Shown here in pieces: positions 26,749-37,126 of a stretch of DNA of 64,000 bases. The notes under the pieces are model-generated. The model was not told the DNA's origin. It did not search any database and saw only the letters and a list, made by a program, of their open reading frames with translations. The position numbers and the translations under genes are program-made. The first letter of the stretch is position 1. Every line of letters begins with the position of its first letter. This DNA comes from a virus. The stretch is taken from positions 32,001-96,000 of IMG/VR virus record IMGVR_UViG_3300001450_010303; one strand, written 5' to 3'.

Positions 26749-27912
26749 ATGCCAAAAAAGAAAAAAGCGTTCGTTAAACCAAAATACACTGAATCTGAGC
26801 AACTACTGTACGACAGGCTGAAAGCAGTTCGTGATAAGTCCGCAGCCACATATGCTTCGGAAAATTCGGTCTTCGAACCACTCGGTGAGAGTGACCCAGG
26901 AGGAAACCCAGAATTTTCGGATTGGTTAGGCGATGACTCATCACAATCAGATGAAGAAAGGGCAGATGCAAACTCAGCATATTTAAACGAAACCTCACCG
27001 ACCGGCGAAAATATACAAGCGATACCAAGCAATTCCGGAATCTATCACACTGTGGTTCCGATGAAGGATTTGAGCTTCAAAATCGCACAAAATGAATCTG
27101 TTATGCAACATGGGGGATGCTATATTACGATGGGCACTGATCGCCCAACCACAGTAATGAGTGGGTATGGTGCAAAGGGATTTCAAAACGCTAGCACAAT
27201 TGACTTGGTTGTAGGTAGGGCCGCCGGCTCTAGGGGAACAGACGGCCCCAAAGAAGGAGCGGTGGTAGATAACAACCCAGTAGCGGATGCTGCAAGAATT
27301 TATATAAGCCAATTAACTGACATCGATGTCAATTTTGGCCTCGCTGAATCGGTGTCTGGAGTAGCAACCGGCGGTTCCGGAATAGCAGTAAAGGCAGACG
27401 ATGTTCGAATAATAGGAAGAAGAAGTATTAAAATTGTGACTGGAAAGACGCAGGGCGCCCGCGGGTCCGGCCCCCACGGCGAATGGACATCATTAGGCTT
27501 TTCGATGCACCAGCCAGCGCCCTCAATTGAGCTTCTAGCAGGAAATACATCACAAGAAAGAGTAGTATGGGGCGGCCTTTATAATCCGATAGAGAAGATC
27601 TCTACTGTCCAGAGAGCTTGTTTGGGTTCTAACACCCGTGACGCCCTATCAGAATTAAATGGGATTGTGGGAGAACTGTGGAGTGCTGTATTCAACTTAT
27701 CACTTATTCAGTCTGGGTATAATTCTCTAGTTGGAATTGATCCTTTAAGGCCATGGGTGGCCGCGGCCGCCCCAACAGTTGGAATCGCAGCGCTACAATT
27801 TGTTTTAGATAGTTTATGGCATACCAAAGTTAATGCAATATTATGGGATCTGAACTATCTAACACCCTATGGATATAAATTCATTTGTAGTACAAACGTT
27901 AAACTGTCGTGA
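26749..27912 (+). CDS. putative baseplate hub/spike-associated protein
   Basis: IDLVVGR, DAARIYISQLTDID, IAVKADDVRIIGR beta-strand-rich pattern; lies upstream of the gp25-like gene. Confidence 0.45.
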   Translation: MPKKKKAFVKPKYTESEQLLYDRLKAVRDKSAATYASENSVFEPLGESDPGGNPEFSDWLGDDSSQSDEERADANSAYLNETSPTGENIQAIPSNSGIYHTVVPMKDLSFKIAQNESVMQHGGCYITMGTDRPTTVMSGYGAKGFQNASTIDLVVGRAAGSRGTDGPKEGAVVDNNPVADAARIYISQLTDIDVNFGLAESVSGVATGGSGIAVKADDVRIIGRRSIKIVTGKTQGARGSGPHGEWTSLGFSMHQPAPSIELLAGNTSQERVVWGGLYNPIEKISTVQRACLGSNTRDALSELNGIVGELWSAVFNLSLIQSGYNSLVGIDPLRPWVAAAAPTVGIAALQFVLDSLWHTKVNAILWDLNYLTPYGYKFICSTNVKLS

Positions 27913-27933
27913 GCATATTAGTGAGAAAAAGTA

Positions 27934-30900
27934 ATGGCGAATGAATCAAAATTTTTAAAATGGCAAGACGAAGATCACGATGGCCTTATAGATGTATGTG
28001 ATGATGTAGTTGATGTTGAAGCAAATAAATGCTTAAATTGCTCCCCTAATCCGACAGCCATCAAAGTAGATTGGAAAAAGAAAACAGTAGAAGAGCCGTT
28101 CTTAAATGAGAGAACATGTGAATATCAAGTAACAGTTGTCACACCCTATACAACCGTAGTTGATGAATCATTGATAGGTTCTGAAGATGAAAGCTCTCAA
28201 GAGGTGATAGACTCTTTGAGAGACAGATATGAAGAATTTGTAGATGATGTTATTGAGTCTTTAATCGTTTTTTACGATAAAGAAGATAGTGGAGCATCAA
28301 GAACAAAGATAAAAGAAGCAATAAAGTATAGTAAGTATTGGCTGGATCCCCGTCCCAACTCACGACTTAAACTACTCTTTTCGGTTCCGTTCGACACACT
28401 GTTTGATATAGGCCCATATAACTCAGAAGATGAATATGAAGAGCCAAAGCCAGGAGATATCACAGTCTCCTACAACGCCGGAGATTTATCCACAAAAATG
28501 ATTAGAATCCGGAAGGGATTGAATCTTTACGGACGATACCTAAAAGTATATCGAGCTATTGATGGGGGTAATTTATTCTTCAAGGAAGACAACAGGATCT
28601 TCAACCTCGAAGACTATGGAGACTCCACACTTTTTACAAGCTCTATCATGTCAAGCTTGATAGATTACTTAAACTCGTACTTAGAATCAAAAGGTCTTAA
28701 TCTACCGGGCGTCGGCGGCATACTATTTTTTGCTGACAAGATTACAAAATTAGAATTTAAATTTAATAATTATCAGCCACAGTCGCTAAAAGTGTGGACT
28801 GAATCTTGTGGAGAAAAGCCGCTATTTTATAATAAGAAAAGATTAAGAGGGTTTATAAAATCCCCACCTTGGAAAGATAAAACAGCAGTCGCATATTTCG
28901 TACAATTATACCAGATGGAAGCCTCGCTGTCCGCGAGATCCCAAATACCATGGGAAGAATTTGTAATACAATACACATATCCAACAATTTATTCTTCACT
29001 TAAAACAGAAGAGGAAGAAGAATCCAGACAGGTGATGGGTTGTATAGGCGAAGCGCTAGAACAAGAAGCAAAAGAACTTGGTCAAGATATCTTAGATGAA
29101 GTGTTCGACCTCGGAGACGCCGTCGCCTATAAATTCAGAAAGAGTATATGCCAATCAGAAAATTCAGAATCGAGACAAGATGAAATAAATGTTGGTTTAA
29201 TATATGATCCAGACACCAATACCAGACAAAACATCTTTGCCATGGCCCAAATGCAGGCACTTAAGGAGCTAGACGAAAGCGATCAAATATTCACACAAAT
29301 GTGCGCTAGAATTCTATCGTCCATGACTCCCTTTGGTTCAGCGCAGAAGAAGATGGATCAAATGTGGGAGTTTGGGTTCGAAAGAATAAAGGCATGCGGA
29401 CTTCTTGATTTGTTACTGGATGCTATCAAATGTTTGATGGGAGGTCTTACGTTTGAAGAAGCTATGGCTAGCATGATCAAGAGCGCCCTTAAAGCAATGT
29501 CGATCGAAAACTTCGGAGATTTATTTGTAGGAATCCCTCCCGAAAAACAAAATGAACTCGACGCGTTAGTTAAAAAGAAATTAGAGTCCGGTGATATTTT
29601 CCCAGAAGGTAGTACAAATCAGCAAATTTCAAATATAATGGCCTCTGGCACCTCATACTCTAAGCCATGGGAAATCCAATCTGTAATAGACCAAGAAAGA
29701 AACAGTAAAAAAGAGGGCGCGTATGAGGGCTCAGTAGCCCCGCCAGCCTCTTATTCAAAAGAAGCAGCGGAGGCATCAACCGCGACCAGAAGAACACTGG
29801 CTCAACAGTTTGATGTAGCCGGCAACGCCGAAGACGAATTATCACCTGATATCGTTATGGAAGCATATGTAATGGCACTGATAGAGGTATATTCTGACAA
29901 TCTGTTAGCATTGGTGGATGAGCTTAACAAATTCCCGGGCGCGCAAATAATAGCCGGAATAATAGCAATGTTGGATTGCCCTATGCCGCCTCTGTTTAAT
30001 CCCGATCTGCTTAGCTTTATTAAAGATATCGAGCTACCGTTTTGTCGTGATCTGTCAGAGATTAGAACGATTAGAATGGAAAACCCATTTACTTGGATCC
30101 CAAAAATAAAAGATATAATGAACGCGCTGTGGGAAGCAATAAAATTTGCTGTACAGCAGCTTATTATGGCAATTGTTTTAAAATTGATGGTTAAAATATG
30201 TCAGATAATTGGAGACGCAATCTGTAAGGCGTTAGAAACAACAGGCAAATTAGCCGCCGCCGTACCGGCGGTGTTACAAGGAAGCACCACTTTTAAGGAA
30301 GTTGTAGGAGACGCTATCTGCGGACCATTAGCCGATGACGCACAAGTAGAAGATACTATGGTTGAAATGATGGCCTCTATGGGAGCCGGATCAGCCGCCT
30401 TAGCCAATCGAGATCAAGTATTAAGATTCACAGAAGATTTATCTTCCTCTACCACAAGGGCAGAGCTGATAGAAGGTTTTCTCGGAAATCCATCACAGGA
30501 TTTGATAGATATCGGGACGCAACTTCTGGAGTTTGAATATCCAGAATTGGGCGAAGCTATGCCCACCCCACAATCATTTGGAAGATTTATCACCAACGTT
30601 GGTAATGTAATGCCGGGCGATTTTAAAAAACAACTAAGAGAAATGTTAGATGAATCCCCGGAACTTGAAGGCCTTCCAGCAAACCCCACATTATGTGCAA
30701 CTCAAGAGCAGATAGACAACTTTAATGAGTTGCGCTGTACCCTATTAGACGGCCGCGCTACAAAAGAACAATGCGAACAGATGTTAGCTGATAATAAGAG
30801 TGATCTGTTAGATGATTTATCATCTCTTGGGGATGTGCTCCAGGGCGGCATACCAAACTATATCAACAGTAACATGCCACCAATAATCTCGCAACCTGGA

Positions 30901-33900
30901 TGTGATGATGGAATATTCCCACACATGCCAGAGGCATTAAAGTCTGCCGGTAGCCAAGTTCTTAAGAATGATTTGGAGATGCTTAAAATAGACTTTGCCA
31001 AGGACATGTTAGGAAATGGCGGCCTTTTTGCCGGCGATGACGATTGGGGATTTATGAATATGGTATTATCGGATACTGAAGGAAACCCCTTGACCGCTCA
31101 TTGGAGGAAAGCACATAATAATAATGATTATGTAAACTTTGCAACAAATGCGTCCAACGGCGGTTCTGCCTCTCAAGGATTTTGGGCATCATTTCAAAAA
31201 AATAAATCATTCCCACAACAACACGGACAGTTCCCAACGTACGTGGGTTCATGGTTAATGCGCCAATTCTTGGTCGCCGGCGAAAGTGATAACATGCCTC
31301 CAGCCGACTGCGGGGAAGGGCCAGACTCTGCAATGACAATGGCCTATGCGACCGATCTGTCAAGCGGTTTAGAATTTAATTCCAAAAATGATATTTCAAC
31401 TGCGCGAATATTTAAAAAGAGCTTTTCAGACTTAGGGTTTGATATGTTTTTTGGTGGTGGTATAGATCTCTTCATGCTTCCTGATTTTGGTTATAACACA
31501 ACATACGATACAAATTTAGTAACTGAACAGGTGATCATAACACGCGAACCACGCAAAGCAAACCCTGACATTTCTTTAAAATATAGAGACAATGCGGCAG
31601 GGTACCGCTCTTCGCCCAGATCTGATGATCGTACCTCCAACCCTAACTATAGTTATGGGTTTAACGTTAATCTATACATATCTGATATAGCTGAGGTTCA
31701 AGAAGAATACGAATACCGCGTACGAGAATTAACACCAGAGGAAATGGAAGAATTTAGTGTGGGGGATCCATCGGATCTAGGAATAACTGCAATTGCAACC
31801 CGCGGCACCGGGGTCTATGCAAACCGACCAGATGATAGCGCGCGAATAAAAATAACCGAGTATATCAACCAAAGGGCCGCGGTACAATCGCCAGAATCAG
31901 AATTAATTACACAGGAACCATGGATCCAGGAAGTCATCCCAGTACCAGACTGGTTAGGTAATATACCGGTTGTAGGCTGGGCCATGGCTGGCCTACTATC
32001 ACTTATCAACGTTAGTTTTTCGTTATTATCAGTGCTGGCCGGGGCGATCTTACCAAGCTTCGAAGAAAAACAAATTATTAAAAATAGAAGATATGAATTT
32101 TTATCTGTTGATGATGGGTTAGAAGACATCGACATGTCGCTATATCCAAATTTTGGTGCGTGCTTCGAACAAACCCGCGAATATATCCCACAAGTATCAT
32201 TATTATCAGAGATGGTATCTAATAGCCCATCATCTGGCACTCTCTATGAATCAGACGCAAAAAACGAGCATGATTTATGGATGACCAAATTTTTTAAAAT
32301 GTTTTCCAAAGAAATCGGCGAGAACCTATCCGGATGGAAATACGGCGCCCAATACGACTCTCTTACAGCGGCCGATGCTGAGTACTTAATTCCAGAAGGC
32401 CAGAAAGATCAAGGAAGCTTATATTCAGAAGGCGAACCAATTTGGGATGATGAACTTAATCCCCCCGGTTACCGCGAAGCAGAAAACGATGATATGTTAA
32501 TGGGGGTCAGCCGAGATCAATATAGAAGAGGAGAAGATGCAAGAGTAATGTATCTTGATCCAAATAAATACGGTGGATCACATACTCGCCCACCAATATA
32601 TGTTAAACCACTTAAATATGATGGCTGGTTAGGATTAGTAAATGCGCTGTTTCCTGAATATACACCGTGTAAGCCACACAACACCGATATAATTGATTTT
32701 GGAGAAATACAAGACAGGATAACGGACTTATACTCTAAAATACCTGATGATCCAAGATTAAAATCAGATCCAGAATGCGCTGTTGAAGTACCATACAATA
32801 GAATTCTAGACCGCCCAGCCCGGGCAGGCATGGCAGGTATTATTGAAACTGCGATTCGAATATACGCGACTGTACATTTTTTCAAATCGATCGCAACCTT
32901 CTCTAAAATAATGCCTAAGTTCCCTGATAACTTTAGTTCATTATACTCTTCCTATATTGTAGAGGTAATGGAAGAGTCCTTTAAAGACGCCCAATCGGGA
33001 TTTTGGGAGTTCTTTACACCGTTCAAAGACGAAGAGTTTTGGTATGCATTCTTGGAACAATCAGTCCAATACTATGCTTGGCGCGTTGATCAAGATGAGA
33101 TTGTGGCGCCCAACAGTGTTTTGGCAGCATTGGGTAGATTAAATAATGTTCAAGAGCACTACAATTTTCCATGGCTAGCCGACCTATGGCACGCCAAAGA
33201 AGTTGATGAAGCAGGAGAACTACAAACACTTAAAGGCTACAGACAAGATAAGAATCTAGAAACGGTCAAGGTATCAGAAGAGGATGCAAAGTTAGTACTA
33301 AAAGAATTAGTAAATGAACAGCTAACAATGATGGGACAGAGGCTAATAAAGAATCTTGAATCACAAGGATTTACTCCGGAGATTTTTGATCTAGACCTCT
33401 GGCTATTCTCTAATATGTGCTCTGGTGGAGAAAGTTTAGTATTCTATAGTCCAGATTTTATTGAACAAAACGTAGGATTACCAACAGAAGGCTCAGAACA
33501 CTATACACCCGGAGGCCAATTTAGAATTGCAATTGCAAACGATCCAGATAGTTTAGGATTAGGCTCCGAATATGTTGGGTATTTTCATGTTCGCGAAAAT
33601 GAATCCGGAGAGACAGAATATATGTCAGGCGAACACCATACTGGAGAGCCGCACGATGTCTTGAGGCCAATAGCAAACTTGATTGAGGTCGGAACAAATA
33701 AAAGAGAAGAAGTAACTGAGGCTGATGAATCGGGTGACTACTCTAAAACAACAGAGGAGTGGGTAGGTTTCGGTGACGTGGCAGAATATGGAACAGCATC
33801 CTCCGGCGCCGAAAACCCATTCACGATAGAAAAATACATTAGTATTGATGGTAGTAAATATGACACCGCGACCGCGATTGCAGCAATAACTGCAAACCCC

Positions 33901-34914
33901 CCGGGCCTATTGCTGTCAGAGGTGTATCCTGGAAGCCTTAAAGAAGTAATGAGTGAGCCAACCGAACCAGGCCACGTGCCAGAAGTAGTTGGTATAGAAG
34001 GAGCCTTGGGAGTTAGATATGGAATTCAATTTAGTTATAATTCCCCATCGGCCGGAAGAGTTCCAATAACTAGTGTAGAGGTAGATGCCTTAGACTTGCC
34101 GGTAGAGGCGGTTGCGCCACTGACAGCAAACAGTCATAATTTATTATGTCTTCTTAAGAAACTAAAAGAGGACCAAAAATATAAATTGATGGTTAAATAC
34201 ATATTCCCGATTCCAAAAGTGATATCGACCTTAGCTATTTATAATGATATGGGTTTCATATCATCTATTGGAGAAGTGACTGTTGGCGCCGGAGATCACC
34301 ACAAACAAGTTAAATTATCTGATCCCAATGATCCCATGGCTGGATCCATCCCCATGTTCTTGGACAACAATGTACCATCGAAAGGAGGAGATGACGCCAC
34401 CACCTGGCCGGACGGGAAACCCCCATGGGAGACCTTCTTTGCAAATGAGACCATTCGCCAAAAACCAGGGTCAGTCGCTTTTGTAAAAACAGAAACGTCG
34501 ACCGACCCCGGCGGTACGATGAAAAGCCCATGGACCGGAAAAGAACTCACAGGGTTGCCAGAGGTTAAATTTCAAGGATTAGAAGCGAGAGGCAATGAAG
34601 GTTGGCAATCTTGGATGGATCGGCAGCCCGGCCTCTTAGGAGGAATGTTTGTGTTAGAGTTCGATAGTTGGGATCGAATACTGTTACGAAATTCAAAGTC
34701 TAGAATTAAAAAGATCTTTAGGTCATATTACAATTCAAGACACTTCACCCCAGGCGATGATTTAGGTGGCAACGCAGCCAACCTATTCATTAAAAATCTT
34801 AAAGCCCGTATAATACCATCTCCAGGTAAGGGTATCTTATCTTGGTTCCAGCGCGGCCGCTTGCGTCCAAATCCATATAATGCCGAAGGTAAATTGTGTG
34901 ATAAAAGTGACTAA
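27934..34914 (+). CDS. very large virion structural protein (2326 aa), function unknown
   Basis: Acidic, helical central region, many Cys, N-terminal DEDHDGLID; located in the baseplate module. Confidence 0.7.
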   Translation: MANESKFLKWQDEDHDGLIDVCDDVVDVEANKCLNCSPNPTAIKVDWKKKTVEEPFLNERTCEYQVTVVTPYTTVVDESLIGSEDESSQEVIDSLRDRYEEFVDDVIESLIVFYDKEDSGASRTKIKEAIKYSKYWLDPRPNSRLKLLFSVPFDTLFDIGPYNSEDEYEEPKPGDITVSYNAGDLSTKMIRIRKGLNLYGRYLKVYRAIDGGNLFFKEDNRIFNLEDYGDSTLFTSSIMSSLIDYLNSYLESKGLNLPGVGGILFFADKITKLEFKFNNYQPQSLKVWTESCGEKPLFYNKKRLRGFIKSPPWKDKTAVAYFVQLYQMEASLSARSQIPWEEFVIQYTYPTIYSSLKTEEEEESRQVMGCIGEALEQEAKELGQDILDEVFDLGDAVAYKFRKSICQSENSESRQDEINVGLIYDPDTNTRQNIFAMAQMQALKELDESDQIFTQMCARILSSMTPFGSAQKKMDQMWEFGFERIKACGLLDLLLDAIKCLMGGLTFEEAMASMIKSALKAMSIENFGDLFVGIPPEKQNELDALVKKKLESGDIFPEGSTNQQISNIMASGTSYSKPWEIQSVIDQERNSKKEGAYEGSVAPPASYSKEAAEASTATRRTLAQQFDVAGNAEDELSPDIVMEAYVMALIEVYSDNLLALVDELNKFPGAQIIAGIIAMLDCPMPPLFNPDLLSFIKDIELPFCRDLSEIRTIRMENPFTWIPKIKDIMNALWEAIKFAVQQLIMAIVLKLMVKICQIIGDAICKALETTGKLAAAVPAVLQGSTTFKEVVGDAICGPLADDAQVEDTMVEMMASMGAGSAALANRDQVLRFTEDLSSSTTRAELIEGFLGNPSQDLIDIGTQLLEFEYPELGEAMPTPQSFGRFITNVGNVMPGDFKKQLREMLDESPELEGLPANPTLCATQEQIDNFNELRCTLLDGRATKEQCEQMLADNKSDLLDDLSSLGDVLQGGIPNYINSNMPPIISQPGCDDGIFPHMPEALKSAGSQVLKNDLEMLKIDFAKDMLGNGGLFAGDDDWGFMNMVLSDTEGNPLTAHWRKAHNNNDYVNFATNASNGGSASQGFWASFQKNKSFPQQHGQFPTYVGSWLMRQFLVAGESDNMPPADCGEGPDSAMTMAYATDLSSGLEFNSKNDISTARIFKKSFSDLGFDMFFGGGIDLFMLPDFGYNTTYDTNLVTEQVIITREPRKANPDISLKYRDNAAGYRSSPRSDDRTSNPNYSYGFNVNLYISDIAEVQEEYEYRVRELTPEEMEEFSVGDPSDLGITAIATRGTGVYANRPDDSARIKITEYINQRAAVQSPESELITQEPWIQEVIPVPDWLGNIPVVGWAMAGLLSLINVSFSLLSVLAGAILPSFEEKQIIKNRRYEFLSVDDGLEDIDMSLYPNFGACFEQTREYIPQVSLLSEMVSNSPSSGTLYESDAKNEHDLWMTKFFKMFSKEIGENLSGWKYGAQYDSLTAADAEYLIPEGQKDQGSLYSEGEPIWDDELNPPGYREAENDDMLMGVSRDQYRRGEDARVMYLDPNKYGGSHTRPPIYVKPLKYDGWLGLVNALFPEYTPCKPHNTDIIDFGEIQDRITDLYSKIPDDPRLKSDPECAVEVPYNRILDRPARAGMAGIIETAIRIYATVHFFKSIATFSKIMPKFPDNFSSLYSSYIVEVMEESFKDAQSGFWEFFTPFKDEEFWYAFLEQSVQYYAWRVDQDEIVAPNSVLAALGRLNNVQEHYNFPWLADLWHAKEVDEAGELQTLKGYRQDKNLETVKVSEEDAKLVLKELVNEQLTMMGQRLIKNLESQGFTPEIFDLDLWLFSNMCSGGESLVFYSPDFIEQNVGLPTEGSEHYTPGGQFRIAIANDPDSLGLGSEYVGYFHVRENESGETEYMSGEHHTGEPHDVLRPIANLIEVGTNKREEVTEADESGDYSKTTEEWVGFGDVAEYGTASSGAENPFTIEKYISIDGSKYDTATAIAAITANPPGLLLSEVYPGSLKEVMSEPTEPGHVPEVVGIEGALGVRYGIQFSYNSPSAGRVPITSVEVDALDLPVEAVAPLTANSHNLLCLLKKLKEDQKYKLMVKYIFPIPKVISTLAIYNDMGFISSIGEVTVGAGDHHKQVKLSDPNDPMAGSIPMFLDNNVPSKGGDDATTWPDGKPPWETFFANETIRQKPGSVAFVKTETSTDPGGTMKSPWTGKELTGLPEVKFQGLEARGNEGWQSWMDRQPGLLGGMFVLEFDSWDRILLRNSKSRIKKIFRSYYNSRHFTPGDDLGGNAANLFIKNLKARIIPSPGKGILSWFQRGRLRPNPYNAEGKLCDKSD

Positions 34915-34945
34915 TAGAATAATTATATAATAGGAGGGATATAAA

Positions 34946-35314
34946 ATGGCTTCAATCGGGGTAGCTTTACCGATAACAAAGGATTCTTCAGATGGATTTA
35001 CAATGCTTAAAAGCTTCAGAAAAACTATTAAGCAAAACTTCAAGATGTTAATTTTAACATCACCTGGGGAACGTGTCATGGAACCAGAATTCGGAGTAGG
35101 AATAAGAAGATTTTTGTTCGAGAACTATGATGACTCCCTCCCTTACAAGATGGAAAGCAGAATTAGAGAACAAGTAAAAATGTTTATGCCAGTTATAAGC
35201 ATATCACAAGTTAATTTTGATTTTGAGCAATCTGGCCAAAACGTACTTGGATTAACTATAGTTTATAGTATTCCAACAGTTGGACCCGCTGAAATGCTAC
35301 ATATTACTATTTAA
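34946..35314 (+). CDS. baseplate wedge subunit, T4 gp25/GPW-like
   Basis: IKQNFKMLILTSPGERVMEPEFGVGIRRFLFE; GGAGG RBS. Confidence 0.9.
   Translation: MASIGVALPITKDSSDGFTMLKSFRKTIKQNFKMLILTSPGERVMEPEFGVGIRRFLFENYDDSLPYKMESRIREQVKMFMPVISISQVNFDFEQSGQNVLGLTIVYSIPTVGPAEMLHITI
35306..35313 (+). promoter_or_regulatory. candidate late promoter motif ACTATTTA
   Basis: Directly before the AGGAGG RBS and ATG 35330. Confidence 0.45.
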
Positions 35315-35329
35315 AAAAGGAGGATTTTT

Positions 35330-37126
35330 ATGAGTTCGGATCAAAAAAAGATAGTTCCTATCAACTATACAAATAGAGAATTTGAAGGGATAAGGCAAGA
35401 TTTATTAGAATTGGCCGAGCGCCTATATCCCGATTCTTTTCAAGATTTTAGTGAAGCTTCCTTTGGATCGCTAATGATAGATTCCGTAGCGTATGTCGGT
35501 GATCAGCTATCATTTTACATGGATTACAATATTAATGAATCCTTTTTGGATACGGCATATCAATATAACAATGTATTAAGAATGGGCCGTACAATGGGGT
35601 ACAAGCATACTGGACGCCCATCAACCTATGGTACCGCCGCCATCTTTGTAATAGTCCCAGCTAGCCCAACCGGTATTGGTCCAGATACAAATTATATTCC
35701 GGTCCTAAAAAGAGGCACCAGATTTTCATCTGATAATAATCTTAACTTTGTATTATTAGAGAATATAGATTTTTCTGATCCTAAAAATCCAGTAGTGGTG
35801 GCCAAAGTTAATACCACAACCGGCGCCCCAACATCCTTCGCAATAAAATCATATGGTAATGTGGTATCAGGATATTTTAGTCGCACTGATGTAGTTGTTG
35901 GCGCCTACGAAAGATTTAAGAGAATTAAACTTCCTATTCCTGAATTGGCAGAAATAATATCTGTCTTTGACTCCCAAGGAAATGAGTTTTACGAAGTAGA
36001 TTATCTATCCCAAGACATGATATTTAAGGAAGTAACAAATAAAAATTATAAAAACGACAACGTTCCATCAATTTTAAAGCCATTTTTGGTTTCTAGAAAG
36101 TTTATAGTAGAGAGAGACAGAAATAATGCTTATTTACAATTTGGCTCAGGGCAAATAGGTGACAGTGAGATAGTCGCTGACCCACAAACCGTCGTTATGG
36201 AGATCTTCGGAAAAAACTATACATCTGATACAACTTTTGATCCTACAAGGTTATCAAAAAATAAAAGTTTAGGAATAGTTCCTTCAAATACAACGCTATC
36301 AATCTCTTATCGTGTTACTAACCCTTCAAATTCAAATGTAGCTGTCGGATCATTAAACAGGGTTGGAAATGCTTTGTTCGATTTTGAAGATCGCTCGATT
36401 CTCAATAGCACCGAGATGGGAAATGTAATAGCCTCTCTTGAAATATCGAACGAAGAGCCAATTACAGGAGACGTTACAAACGCAAATACTTCTGAGATAA
36501 AAAGAAGAATATTTGATACCTTCCCAACACAAAACAGAGCGGTCACCCAAGCTGATTATGAAAATTTGAGTTATAGAATGCCAGCGAAGTTTGGGTCTAT
36601 AAAAAGAGTATCAGCGCAGAGAGATCCAGATTCCAAGAAAAGGAATCTCAATATGTATGTGATTTCAGAGGATAGCTTTGGAAAATTGGTCAGCACCAAC
36701 AAAACAATTAAAAATAATTTAAAAACTTGGCTAAATCAGCATAGAATGATAAACGATACTTTAGATATAATCGATCCCTATATTATTAATTATGGAATTG
36801 AGTTTATAATTAAACCATCCTCCGGCGCAGATAAATATATAACTTTAAATTCAGCGGTAGAAGCTTTAAAAGAAAGATTTAAGGCTCCAATGTATATTGG
36901 GGAACCAATCTATATAAGTGATATATATTCAACACTTAAAGAGTCTCCGGGAGTATTAGATGTTATAAAAGTCAGGCTCATAAATAAAACGGGCACGAAC
37001 TATTCAAACGCTAATATAGATATAAATAAAAATCTTTCTCCCAACGGAGATTACTTGATAATACCAAAGAACGCAATCGCCGAAATGAAGTATCCAGAGA
37101 GTGATATCCAAGGAAAAATTAGATAA
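35330..37126 (+). CDS. baseplate wedge protein, T4 gp6/baseplate J-like
   Basis: YTNREFEGIRQDL, DFSEASFG..MID.VAYVGD.LSFY.D...NESFLDTA, LQFGSG, QNRAVTQADY. Confidence 0.88.
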   Translation: MSSDQKKIVPINYTNREFEGIRQDLLELAERLYPDSFQDFSEASFGSLMIDSVAYVGDQLSFYMDYNINESFLDTAYQYNNVLRMGRTMGYKHTGRPSTYGTAAIFVIVPASPTGIGPDTNYIPVLKRGTRFSSDNNLNFVLLENIDFSDPKNPVVVAKVNTTTGAPTSFAIKSYGNVVSGYFSRTDVVVGAYERFKRIKLPIPELAEIISVFDSQGNEFYEVDYLSQDMIFKEVTNKNYKNDNVPSILKPFLVSRKFIVERDRNNAYLQFGSGQIGDSEIVADPQTVVMEIFGKNYTSDTTFDPTRLSKNKSLGIVPSNTTLSISYRVTNPSNSNVAVGSLNRVGNALFDFEDRSILNSTEMGNVIASLEISNEEPITGDVTNANTSEIKRRIFDTFPTQNRAVTQADYENLSYRMPAKFGSIKRVSAQRDPDSKKRNLNMYVISEDSFGKLVSTNKTIKNNLKTWLNQHRMINDTLDIIDPYIINYGIEFIIKPSSGADKYITLNSAVEALKERFKAPMYIGEPIYISDIYSTLKESPGVLDVIKVRLINKTGTNYSNANIDINKNLSPNGDYLIIPKNAIAEMKYPESDIQGKIR